A DNA stretch of 64,000 nt from Candidatus Aenigmatarchaeota archaeon. Its GTDB lineage: Archaea > Aenigmatarchaeota > Aenigmatarchaeia > CG10238-14 > SCSR01. Shown one piece after another: positions 36,596 to 44,454 of the stretch (within the stretch, counting starts at the first letter, position 1; each line of letters opens with the position of its first letter). Location of the stretch: positions 8,348 to 72,347 of the forward strand of contig JACPJU010000001.1 of assembly GCA_016187385.1 (NCBI GenBank), written 5' to 3'. The position numbers and the translations under genes were made by a program. The notes under the pieces were generated by a model, which worked only from the letters and a program-made list of their open reading frames with translations, did not search any database and was not told the DNA's origin.

Positions 36596-36717
36596 GCTGG
36601 AGTTGGACAACCTGGTCGTCCACTGGTCTTGAGTCTGACAGCTGGTTATTGTGACAAGTTATCAGAATGATAACCAGCACCCGCAAGGGTATGTGGGTTC
36701 AAATCCCACCTCCAGCG
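36596..36717 (+). tRNA. tRNA-Ser (anticodon UGA) with a 38-nt intron at the canonical 37/38 position
   Basis: Folded by hand. Acceptor GCTGGAG/CTCCAGC (7 bp). U8. D-stem GGAC/GTCC with GG in the loop. Anticodon stem CTGGT/ACCAG. Loop CU-UGA-G. Intron about 36634-36671 carries GCTGGTT, complementary to the 3' anticodon-stem/exon, which fits a bulge-helix-bulge splice structure. Long variable arm CACCCGCAAGGGTAT (type II). T-arm GTGGG-TTCAAAT-CCCAC. Discriminator G. CCA not encoded. Confidence 0.7.
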
Positions 36718-36933
36718 TTTTTACCTTTAAATACTTGAAGGTAGATGAAAGGTTAATATAAAATCGAAATCAAATCTAACTAAACGAATGCTGAGGAGGA
36801 AAAACTAAAATGGCATTTAAAAGCTATAACGATGAAGACGATGATGATTGGGGAGAAGACGGCGAATCGTCTGAAGACGAAGAAGAATTCTGAAAAAATA
36901 ATTCTGCAATGATTTTTCTTTTCTTTTTTATTT

Positions 36934-37692
36934 TTGTCAATCAGCCCAGCACATATAAACATAAGCTTTCAAATACTAAATAAAAATATGGAAGAAGGAC
37001 AGAAAGAACTTGTTCTCAAGTCGGCGAGAATTTCTTATTTAGGCAATTATATAATCGCGCTTTTGACTATAGTTTTTCTCGTCCTGCTTTATTTCCAATT
37101 CGGTATGACATTTTCACTGACCCCAAAGACTCAATCGGAATTGATATCCACGCTTATTCTTTTGGGAATTGCAGGCATAGCCTCTTTCATGATAGAACAG
37201 CCTGAATGGGACAGGTTGAGGCATTATTTCATAATAACGATGAACGAAGTCATCAAACACGAAGGGATTATAAACAAGCACAAGGTTATACTTCCTTATG
37301 CGACTGTGGCTGACATCAGCGTCAAGAAAAACTTTCTTGGAAGAATTCTTGATTATGGCGACTTGACCGTGAGCTCGTTCAAGACTGGCAGTGACATGAT
37401 GATGAAGGGTGTGAGGAGTCCTGAAAAATATTATACCATGATTCAGAACAGGGTCAATCTCATAAGGGAAGGCCAACTCCAGATGTTTGGCAAGAAAGGT
37501 CAGAGAGACGAAGAAGAGCCTGCAGAAAGCAGAGAAGAATTGGAAGACAGAAAGAAAGAATTGGAAGACATGATAGAGGAAACTAAACAGTCTTTCTACA
37601 ACAGGGAAATTGACGAGAAGCAGTTTGAAAGCACGATACAGAAGTTCCAGCAAGAGATTATCGAGATTGACGTGAAGCTTAAGAAAAAGTAG
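36934..37692 (+). CDS. Membrane protein with bacterial-type PH (bPH_2/DUF304-like) domain and acidic coiled-coil tail
   Basis: Two TM helices, then a DUF304-like segment (PYATVADISVKKNFLGRILDYGDLTV), then a Glu/Lys-rich C-terminus. The probable true start is the internal Met at 36988. Confidence 0.45.
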   Translation: MSISPAHINISFQILNKNMEEGQKELVLKSARISYLGNYIIALLTIVFLVLLYFQFGMTFSLTPKTQSELISTLILLGIAGIASFMIEQPEWDRLRHYFIITMNEVIKHEGIINKHKVILPYATVADISVKKNFLGRILDYGDLTVSSFKTGSDMMMKGVRSPEKYYTMIQNRVNLIREGQLQMFGKKGQRDEEEPAESREELEDRKKELEDMIEETKQSFYNREIDEKQFESTIQKFQQEIIEIDVKLKKK

Positions 37693-37715
37693 AAAATAAA
37701 CCATAATTATGGAAA

Positions 37716-38615
37716 ATGCTTTGGGTGGTAACTGTTCCTATTAATGCGAGCGCGGAATACTTCGAAGCTGAGAAAAGATATTTGGAAGCCAAAAATAGAG
37801 AAGAGAAGATTGCAGCGTTAGAAGAAATGATTAGAAAATCGCCGAAACACAAAGGAGCACACAACCTGCTTGCTGATTTGAAAAAGAGATTGTCAAAATT
37901 AAAAACCGAGAATAAATCAAAGGCTTCTAGCAAACCTAGATTTTCCATTAGGAAAGAAGGCGCTGCTCAGATATGCATAATAGGTTTGACCAATTCCGGT
38001 AAGAGCACATTGTTGAATGCGTTGACAAATGCTCATGTAGAAGTTGGAGATTATGAATATACTACAAAAGAACCGAGAGTTGGCATGATGCTCTACGATG
38101 ACATGCAGTTTCAGTTGATAGAAATACCTTCTTCATTTGATTCGGAATCTGTAGGTCTCATACATTCATGCGATTTAATCCTGGTTTTATTGGATTCGAC
38201 ACGAAATATTGATAAACAAAAGAAAGAATTGATGAAATTTTTGGAATACAATAGGCTCGATTCAAAGAGATTGATTTTTGTCAAAAACAAAAGCAAAGTA
38301 TGTGGACTGGATCAGAGTATAGTTTGCATAGATGCCCAATCAAAAATAGGCATGAAAGAATTGAAAGAGAAGATTTGGAATACTCTCAACCTGATAAAGA
38401 TATATGCAAAATCCCCAAATAAGCCGAAGGCAATTCCAGCACTAGCATTGAAAAGAAATTCTACTGTATCGGACTTGGCAAAGGAAATTCATAAAGATTT
38501 CTTGGAGACATTCAAATTTGCGCGGATATTTAATTCAACGAAATTCTCTGGTAAGAAGGTTGGTTTAGATTATAAATTGCATGATAATGATATAGTAGAG
38601 ATACATACGGAATGA
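37716..38615 (+). CDS. DRG/Obg-family GTP-binding protein with C-terminal TGS domain (G motifs partly degenerate)
   Basis: N-terminal helical region like archaeal DRG (IAALEEMIRKSPKHKGAHNLLADLKKRLSKL). P-loop GLTNSGKST. C-terminal TGS-like region KKVGLDYKLHDNDIVEI. The G3 and G4 motifs are weak. Confidence 0.55.
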   Translation: MLWVVTVPINASAEYFEAEKRYLEAKNREEKIAALEEMIRKSPKHKGAHNLLADLKKRLSKLKTENKSKASSKPRFSIRKEGAAQICIIGLTNSGKSTLLNALTNAHVEVGDYEYTTKEPRVGMMLYDDMQFQLIEIPSSFDSESVGLIHSCDLILVLLDSTRNIDKQKKELMKFLEYNRLDSKRLIFVKNKSKVCGLDQSIVCIDAQSKIGMKELKEKIWNTLNLIKIYAKSPNKPKAIPALALKRNSTVSDLAKEIHKDFLETFKFARIFNSTKFSGKKVGLDYKLHDNDIVEIHTE

Positions 38616-38619
38616 TTCT

Positions 38620-39900
38620 ATGGTGAAGGTTTATGGAGAATTTTATGGATGTTCAGCAAACAAAGCCGATTATGAGATAATGATTGGACTATTGAAGGAT
38701 GCTGGGATGGAAATTGTCGACTCTCCTAAGAATTCTGATATCAACTTGATAACGACTTGCGCTGTTAAAACGCCAACAGTTAATAGAATGATTTTCAGGT
38801 CAAATGAATTGACGAAGTTTAACAAACCGTTAATTGTTGCAGGATGCCTGTCGAAAATTGAAAAGGAAAGGCAATTAATAGAAAAGATAAATCCCAAAGC
38901 CAGTTTTGTTGGTCCCGATTCTATAACAAAAATCGTGGATGTCGCACATGCGACATTAAATGGAGAGAAAGTTCTCTCTTTAGAGAGGGTGTACGAAGAA
39001 AAAGTTGGTTTACCACACCTAAAAACAAATCCAATAGTTGATATTGTTGAGATAAATAGCGGCTGTCTTTCTTCTTGCACCTTTTGCGCAACAAAATTGG
39101 CTCGCGGTAATCTATACAGCTACAGACCTCATTCCATAAGGGAACAAATAAAACAATCGATAAAAGAAGGTGTAAAAGAAATCTGGTTGACATCACAAGA
39201 TTCATCGGCTTATGGAAGAGACATAGGAACTAACCTACCGGAATTGCTCGATTCGATAATTAGAATAGACGGAAATTTCTTTGTCCGAGTGGGAATGATG
39301 AATCCATTGCATTTCAAGAAAGTCGAGATAAAAGATTTAATCAATGCTTACAAGAATGAAAAGGTTTTCAAATTCCTGCACTTGTGCGTGCAGTCGGGAA
39401 GCAATAAAGTTTTGAAGATAATGAAGCGCGGTTATACAGTTGAAGAGTTTGTTTATTACGTTGAACGGTTCAGGGAAGAAATACCGGAATTGACATTAAT
39501 GACTGACATCATAACAGGCCATCCTGGTGAGGATGAAGAAGACCATGAACAAACTGTCGAATTGATAAAAGAAATCAAGCCAGATCTGACTGTTTTATCA
39601 AAATTCGGTGCTAGACCGGGGACACAGGCTGCAAAGATGGGACAGACACCCCAGAAAGTGGTTAACGAAAGGAGCAAAGAATTGTCAAAGATTATTAGAC
39701 ACGTGTCTTATGAAAGAAACAAAAGATGGTTAAGGTGGGAAGGTAAAGTTTTGATTGATGAGAAAGTCGAGGGTGCTGTTGTCGGGAGAAATTATGCATA
39801 CAAGCCTATAGTCATAAAAGAAAATCTTGGATTGGGTTCTACAGTCAATGTGAAAATATCTAAAGTTACTCGATATGCGTTGACAGGAAAATTGGTTTAA
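38620..39900 (+). CDS. Radical-SAM methylthiotransferase (MiaB/RimO/MtaB family, archaeal tRNA t6A37 methylthiotransferase-like) with C-terminal TRAM domain
   Basis: N-terminal MTTase domain with three Cys (YGCSAN, TTCAV, GCLS). Radical-SAM CLSSCTFCATK (CxxxCxxC). C-terminal TRAM-like beta region. Confidence 0.85.
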   Translation: MVKVYGEFYGCSANKADYEIMIGLLKDAGMEIVDSPKNSDINLITTCAVKTPTVNRMIFRSNELTKFNKPLIVAGCLSKIEKERQLIEKINPKASFVGPDSITKIVDVAHATLNGEKVLSLERVYEEKVGLPHLKTNPIVDIVEINSGCLSSCTFCATKLARGNLYSYRPHSIREQIKQSIKEGVKEIWLTSQDSSAYGRDIGTNLPELLDSIIRIDGNFFVRVGMMNPLHFKKVEIKDLINAYKNEKVFKFLHLCVQSGSNKVLKIMKRGYTVEEFVYYVERFREEIPELTLMTDIITGHPGEDEEDHEQTVELIKEIKPDLTVLSKFGARPGTQAAKMGQTPQKVVNERSKELSKIIRHVSYERNKRWLRWEGKVLIDEKVEGAVVGRNYAYKPIVIKENLGLGSTVNVKISKVTRYALTGKLV

Positions 39901-40928
39901 TCTATGATGACTGTTTCCAGTTTTGCAAGATTGCAGAAATCCGTTGAATAGGTATATGCGCCGGCATTCAAAAAAGTAATTGTATCGCCTATTTTTGGAT
40001 TGTTCAAGTAAACTCTATATCTGAATATATCCATGGAATCTGGCGTGTAGCCTTTAATCAAATATGGTGTGCCTTGCTCAAGTTCTCCTTCAATTAAAAG
40101 CTTAATGTTGGCAACAATTGTGTCCATTGAAGAATTGTATACAGAACAATTGACTACGATTGTATTGTCATGAATACCGATTATTTTCGCTTCAAGTTTT
40201 ATACAAGGTCCAGCGACGAATCTTCCAGGTTCTATAATCATTTTCACATTATAGCCATTCAACCATTCTTTCAATTCCTTAATCTTGCTGAAGACATGAG
40301 GAAGGACGTCGACATTATAATTTTTGTACTGTATAGGAATTCCGCCCCCGATATTCAAGATGTCTATTTGTTTCAGGGTGTCCTTATGTAGAACTTCGCT
40401 CAATTCTTCCTTCAGAGACCATTCGCTTATGTTCTGTGTTTTTCTATTGAAATGAACTCCCAAGTTGTCTATTTTTCTGTTCTGTCTTAATTGCGGTATC
40501 AGATTGTTTATCTGCTGTGAAAACATGCCGAAAACATAATATTTTTCAGTCCTGATTGTATGCTCTTTCATTCTCATTCTTAGAAGAATGTTTATTTTGT
40601 CGTCTCTGCTTTTCATGAATTCAATCAATGAGTTCAAATCCACTTCGTTATAAACTATAAACGACCTGACTCCTTTTTCAAATAATTGATTAAGCTCTTC
40701 GTTGCTCCAGCTTTGACCTACAAACCACACCTTGTTTTTGTCTTTCACATTATCGAGATATTCCATGAAATGTACGGTAAACCAAGAATCTGTATTCTCT
40801 TCCAGTAATTTTCCCACGACAGGGTTTGTTTTCAAACTGTATGAGATATTACCGGAAATATTCTTGACCGCATTGTACTGTTCCAAAAGTTTCGACTTGC
40901 TCAAAACGAATCTTGCTTTATTTGTCAT
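39897..40928 (-). CDS. PLP-dependent fold-III decarboxylase (Orn/Arg/DAP decarboxylase family)
   Basis: 343 aa. YSLKTNP (PLP-Lys, compare YAVKCN). NIGGGIP (GGG motif). EPGRFVAG (EPGR motif). NCSVYNSSMD (active-site Cys region). NAGAYTYS (GAYT motif). Substrate not determinable from sequence. Confidence 0.7.
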   Translation of the reverse strand: MTNKARFVLSKSKLLEQYNAVKNISGNISYSLKTNPVVGKLLEENTDSWFTVHFMEYLDNVKDKNKVWFVGQSWSNEELNQLFEKGVRSFIVYNEVDLNSLIEFMKSRDDKINILLRMRMKEHTIRTEKYYVFGMFSQQINNLIPQLRQNRKIDNLGVHFNRKTQNISEWSLKEELSEVLHKDTLKQIDILNIGGGIPIQYKNYNVDVLPHVFSKIKELKEWLNGYNVKMIIEPGRFVAGPCIKLEAKIIGIHDNTIVVNCSVYNSSMDTIVANIKLLIEGELEQGTPYLIKGYTPDSMDIFRYRVYLNNPKIGDTITFLNAGAYTYSTDFCNLAKLETVIID

Positions 40929-41889
40929 TGATGATTCCTTTCCGGGAAAGTTCTTCCAACGCCCTTACCATCGCTAAAGGAAATGTTATTGTAACATCGC
41001 CTATGACAGTAGCGACATCGGAATTGTCTTTTATCTTGCCCCAGCTTTTCGCTTCCCTTGTTGTCGCACCGCTCATGCTTCCAGAGAATTCACGTGATGT
41101 TGTCATATAGACTGCGTAGTCCAGTCCGCCATTAATGAGGCAGGAAAGTATGGCATGATGCTTTGATACTCCGCCACCAAGTGCTATTATCCCCTTTCTG
41201 TCGTCTATGCTTGTCGAGGAAAGTATGTTTGAGAAATCTTTTACGACATCGACTATGAAATCGGGGTTCTTTTGCTGGAACATGAACAGATGAAAACCGA
41301 GAGCACCGTCCGTGATAGCTGGGCAGAATATCGGGACATTGTTTCTTGCGGCCTGATAAAGAATAGAATCATTGTCTTCCAACATCAAACCAATTTCTTT
41401 CAACATATCGGAAACAGCCCATCTCTTTTGTTTTTCGTATAATTTCTGTAGCATTCCTCTGATTACGTTCTCGAATTTTTCATAGCTTTTGTTTGTTATG
41501 AGCAGGTTGCCTATTCTGTTCGTACCCTTTTCGTGCAATTCGATATCATCAGCATTAAACTCGCCTATGATAAACTGTTCGCCGTAAGCTCTCATAATGT
41601 CTTCTTCTATACTGCCTACTGTTGTCACGATTACGTCCGCCATTTTAAGTTTTATCAACTGTGAAAAGAAACCCCTCAAGCCTGAGGTGACCATGTTGGA
41701 AGTGAATGTAAAGAATATTTTGGCTCCAGATTCTTTCATTTTTATGATTGTCTGGGATGCCTTTTCCAGTTCTATGCTCTGGAATCCAACGCTACTCATG
41801 CCTTTGACTAGGTCATCGACAGACATTCCTTTTGTCCATTTTAAATCTTTAACATAAACCATAGAAATCAACGGGGGATTCAGTAGCAA
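40918..41889 (-). CDS. dys: Deoxyhypusine synthase
   Basis: 323 aa. Typical DHS pattern ...FTSNMVTSGLRG...GGGVSKHH... The probable true start is an internal Met near 41862. Confidence 0.85.
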   Translation of the reverse strand: MLLNPPLISMVYVKDLKWTKGMSVDDLVKGMSSVGFQSIELEKASQTIIKMKESGAKIFFTFTSNMVTSGLRGFFSQLIKLKMADVIVTTVGSIEEDIMRAYGEQFIIGEFNADDIELHEKGTNRIGNLLITNKSYEKFENVIRGMLQKLYEKQKRWAVSDMLKEIGLMLEDNDSILYQAARNNVPIFCPAITDGALGFHLFMFQQKNPDFIVDVVKDFSNILSSTSIDDRKGIIALGGGVSKHHAILSCLINGGLDYAVYMTTSREFSGSMSGATTREAKSWGKIKDNSDVATVIGDVTITFPLAMVRALEELSRKGIINDK

Positions 41890-41970
41890 AAAGCCGATCT
41901 TAAATGTAAATGAGCTTCTCAGATATGGATGAGATTATATCCCCTTATAATTCAATTAATGACAAATCAT

Positions 41971-42798
41971 TTAAATCTTATGCAAAATCTCGAATACTGA
42001 CCTTGCGATTAAAAATTCGGATATCTCATTGTCTTGAGAATTAAGGCAACATACGTCAATCCCGACTATCTTTCCGTTTACTGATTGCATCATTTTTTGA
42101 AAGTTGTTGAAAAATATGCCGTCTGGTTCAGGCATGTCGACGGCAGGACATATACTAGGATCGAAAACATCGACATCAAAAGAAATGTAAACTCTTGAAT
42201 TTTTGGTGAATTCTTTTATCTGTTCTAGAACTTCCTGATTTTCGATTATCTTCCTGCTGGTGAAATATTTTATTCCGGATTTCTTCAAATCATTGAGCTC
42301 AAATTCGTCGCAAGACCTGACTCCAAGCAACATTATGTTTTCTGGTTTGATGAACTCAGAAACCCTTCTTAGCCATGTTGCGTCATTTATATTAGGGTTG
42401 TAAAAACCTTCATTCATCTCCCTTATTTTTTCATCGTCATAAGAATTCTTGAAATCTCCGTGTGCGTCAAAAACAACCAATTTCACGTTTTCAAAAGCTT
42501 TCAAGGAATAGAGTGAAAGTAAATGATTACCGCCCAATATTAAAGGGGGTTTGTTCATTTGTAGTATTTTCTTTGTTTCCTCTGTAATTCTGTCCAAGGA
42601 TGTTAATTCCATATCGCCTGAATCGTGAAGTTTCACATTTTCAAGCAGGTTCACTCCAGAATCCAAGTCCATGGGCTCTACAAATTGGCTGACATAACGC
42701 AGTGATTGTAGAGATTTGTTGGGATTTTTTCCCAGAGGCACGCCGAACGCTACTACATTGGATTCGTCCAGATTGAAGTCGAAACTTGCGAATTTCAT
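41971..42798 (-). CDS. speB: Agmatinase / ureohydrolase (arginase family)
   Basis: LILGGNHLLS (GGDHS-like). VVFDAHGDF (DAH.D). ISFDVDVFDPS (SxDxDxxDP): the binuclear-Mn ureohydrolase motifs. Confidence 0.8.
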   Translation of the reverse strand: MKFASFDFNLDESNVVAFGVPLGKNPNKSLQSLRYVSQFVEPMDLDSGVNLLENVKLHDSGDMELTSLDRITEETKKILQMNKPPLILGGNHLLSLYSLKAFENVKLVVFDAHGDFKNSYDDEKIREMNEGFYNPNINDATWLRRVSEFIKPENIMLLGVRSCDEFELNDLKKSGIKYFTSRKIIENQEVLEQIKEFTKNSRVYISFDVDVFDPSICPAVDMPEPDGIFFNNFQKMMQSVNGKIVGIDVCCLNSQDNEISEFLIARSVFEILHKI

Positions 42799-42844
42799 AA
42801 TTCTAATGAGAAGGAAAGGATTAAGAGTTTGACTATTCAGACCC

Positions 42845-43285
42845 TCAGTAAGAACAGGCTTCTAGATCGTCGCTCAATCTAGGAATAAACGCCATGAATT
42901 TTCTTATATCCCTAGTCGTTCTCCTGTACTCCTCCTCCCTACCAAGGGCTATATCTGTATCGCCACATGCGATAAGTGTTTTTTCTGGTTGGTAAACGCC
43001 ATCATGAAAGATCCAGCAGTATTTGTCGGGATTTCCCGGCCATTCCGAAATACCGCCATACCCGAAAACCTCCGCAATTTTTGTCCCATTGTCGCCCCAT
43101 AAAGCGACTATCAGATAATCAGCATTTCCTACCAAGTACCTGTTTTCATACAAAGTATCTCGCGCGTGTCTTTCTGCAGCATGTGTAGTCAAGTAAGTGT
43201 CTTCAAAGCCGGCTTTGTGCATATATAATTTTGTAGGCTTGATTGCACCATTTAATATAAATCTAGCAACAAATCCCATATCCAA
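42845..43285 (-). CDS. Hypothetical protein
   Basis: 146-aa ORF. I considered and rejected an AdoMetDC/pyruvoyl-decarboxylase assignment (see noticed_but_rejected). Confidence 0.35.
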   Translation of the reverse strand: MDMGFVARFILNGAIKPTKLYMHKAGFEDTYLTTHAAERHARDTLYENRYLVGNADYLIVALWGDNGTKIAEVFGYGGISEWPGNPDKYCWIFHDGVYQPEKTLIACGDTDIALGREEEYRRTTRDIRKFMAFIPRLSDDLEACSY

Positions 43286-43388
43286 TCAGTCAAATAGTAA
43301 TCTTGTGAATATTTAAATCTTCAAGAGTCTATGAACCTCTGTACTAACCACTGAAGTAATTTATAAATGTTAATGGTATAAGTATAAT

Positions 43389-43595
43389 ATGGGAGCTTAT
43401 GAAATTGCATATTTAGACCCAGATTCTAGAAAATTGCTTTCAATGGGAGAACGCAATCGAAGATTTAGAGAAATTGCAAGAGAATATCTGGAAGGAAGAA
43501 TCAGTTACGAAACCATGAGCGATAAACGCGACTGCCTTTACAAGCCACAAATGGTACCAATTACTAAAGACAATAATCGGACTGTTGTTGTATAA
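43389..43595 (+). CDS. Hypothetical small protein
   Basis: 68-aa ORF. Confidence 0.25.
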   Translation: MGAYEIAYLDPDSRKLLSMGERNRRFREIAREYLEGRISYETMSDKRDCLYKPQMVPITKDNNRTVVV

Positions 43596-43606
43596 TCTTT
43601 CAGAAT

Positions 43607-43668
43607 TGCTTCTTCACCATGCTTCTGACAACCTTCATGACATCCTGTGCGTCTATCCTTCCGCATGT
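43607..43668 (-). pseudogene. Duplicated 3'-terminal fragment of gatE (encodes ...GRIDAQDVMKVVRSMVKKQF*)
   Basis: About 58 nt at 43610-43668 match 44459-44516 (the real gatE 3' end) with 4 mismatches. Reverse-complement translation reproduces the GatE C-terminal peptide with two substitutions. Confidence 0.55.
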
Positions 43669-43683
43669 AAGAATTATTCACGA

Positions 43684-43974
43684 TTATCCTGTTGCAACTA
43701 ATTGAAATTTCTCTTTTAGTTTTTCGTTACTTGCTAGCTTTCTTTCGAACATCTCCTCTATATCCTTGCCGGTAGGAGCATATAGTATATTGCCATCACT
43801 ATCTATGACCATTTCGCCTATAGGGAAGACAGCAACTTTCGACATATGAAATACAGGAACTATCCATATACCAACTTTACTATCAAAAATAGGCTCGCCT
43901 GGACCTATCAAGTTTCCTATATTTTCGATTAAATACCTATCTGCCTGTTCATAAGCTTCTTCTTTTGTTATCAT
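43684..43974 (-). CDS. Hypothetical protein (cargo of the gatE-3'-end insertion)
   Basis: 96-aa ORF whose start overlaps the stop of the upstream peptidase gene (4-nt overlap). Confidence 0.4.
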   Translation of the reverse strand: MITKEEAYEQADRYLIENIGNLIGPGEPIFDSKVGIWIVPVFHMSKVAVFPIGEMVIDSDGNILYAPTGKDIEEMFERKLASNEKLKEKFQLVATG

Positions 43975-44450
43975 TTAATTTCACTCCCCAAAATGAAAAT
44001 TAATCTAAATTTGCTATTCCATGCTCTGGTAAATGTTTCCAAGTCAACCTCTTTATTTTCTCCTCCAAACTCTTGATCAGGATCGTTTATAACTATGTTT
44101 TTATTTGTAATATCCTTTACTATGATGTAATGACCATGTTCGGATTCTGGCAAATTATACAAAACACTTGGTTTAACTAAGACTATAGGATAAAATCCTT
44201 TATTGATATATCTTTGCAATTCTTCAATTGTGGAGCCGAAATGGAAACTATATTCAACATTGTAATTTTCACAAATAGTTTTCATCATGTTAGGTGATAC
44301 ACCTTTTCGAGGACTAAAATTTATTATTTCAGCCAACCGATATTCATTTATTTTTATATCCATATATTCTAGAATCATTCTTAGACACGCTAAAGAGCAT
44401 GTAAAGGGAGTTTGCTGTTTATAATAAGGAAACTTTTCCACAAAAATCAA
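43971..44450 (-). CDS. Papain-like Cys peptidase, C39-like domain protein
   Basis: 159 aa. QQTPFTCSLACLRMIL (Q...C nucleophile region typical of C39 / C39-like_2) and ...HGHYIIV (catalytic His). Confidence 0.5.
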   Translation of the reverse strand: MIFVEKFPYYKQQTPFTCSLACLRMILEYMDIKINEYRLAEIINFSPRKGVSPNMMKTICENYNVEYSFHFGSTIEELQRYINKGFYPIVLVKPSVLYNLPESEHGHYIIVKDITNKNIVINDPDQEFGGENKEVDLETFTRAWNSKFRLIFILGSEIK

Positions 44451-44454
44451 TAAT

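Noticed and set aside
36810-36893. 27-aa hyper-acidic micro-ORF (MAFKSYNDEDDDDWGEDGESSEDEEEF) just after the tRNA-Ser
   Set aside because: It is too short and of too low complexity to call. It could be a chance ORF in an A/G-rich stretch. Noted only because it is cleanly framed by an ATG and a TGA.
42845-43285. Possible pyruvoyl-dependent decarboxylase (AdoMetDC/SpeH-like or PdaD) next to agmatinase
   Set aside because: The context was tempting and there is a CGD.D-like segment. However, the ES-H self-cleavage site and the spacing to the TCG motif do not align with class-1 AdoMetDC. I cannot recall the PdaD sequence well enough to support that either. Left as hypothetical.
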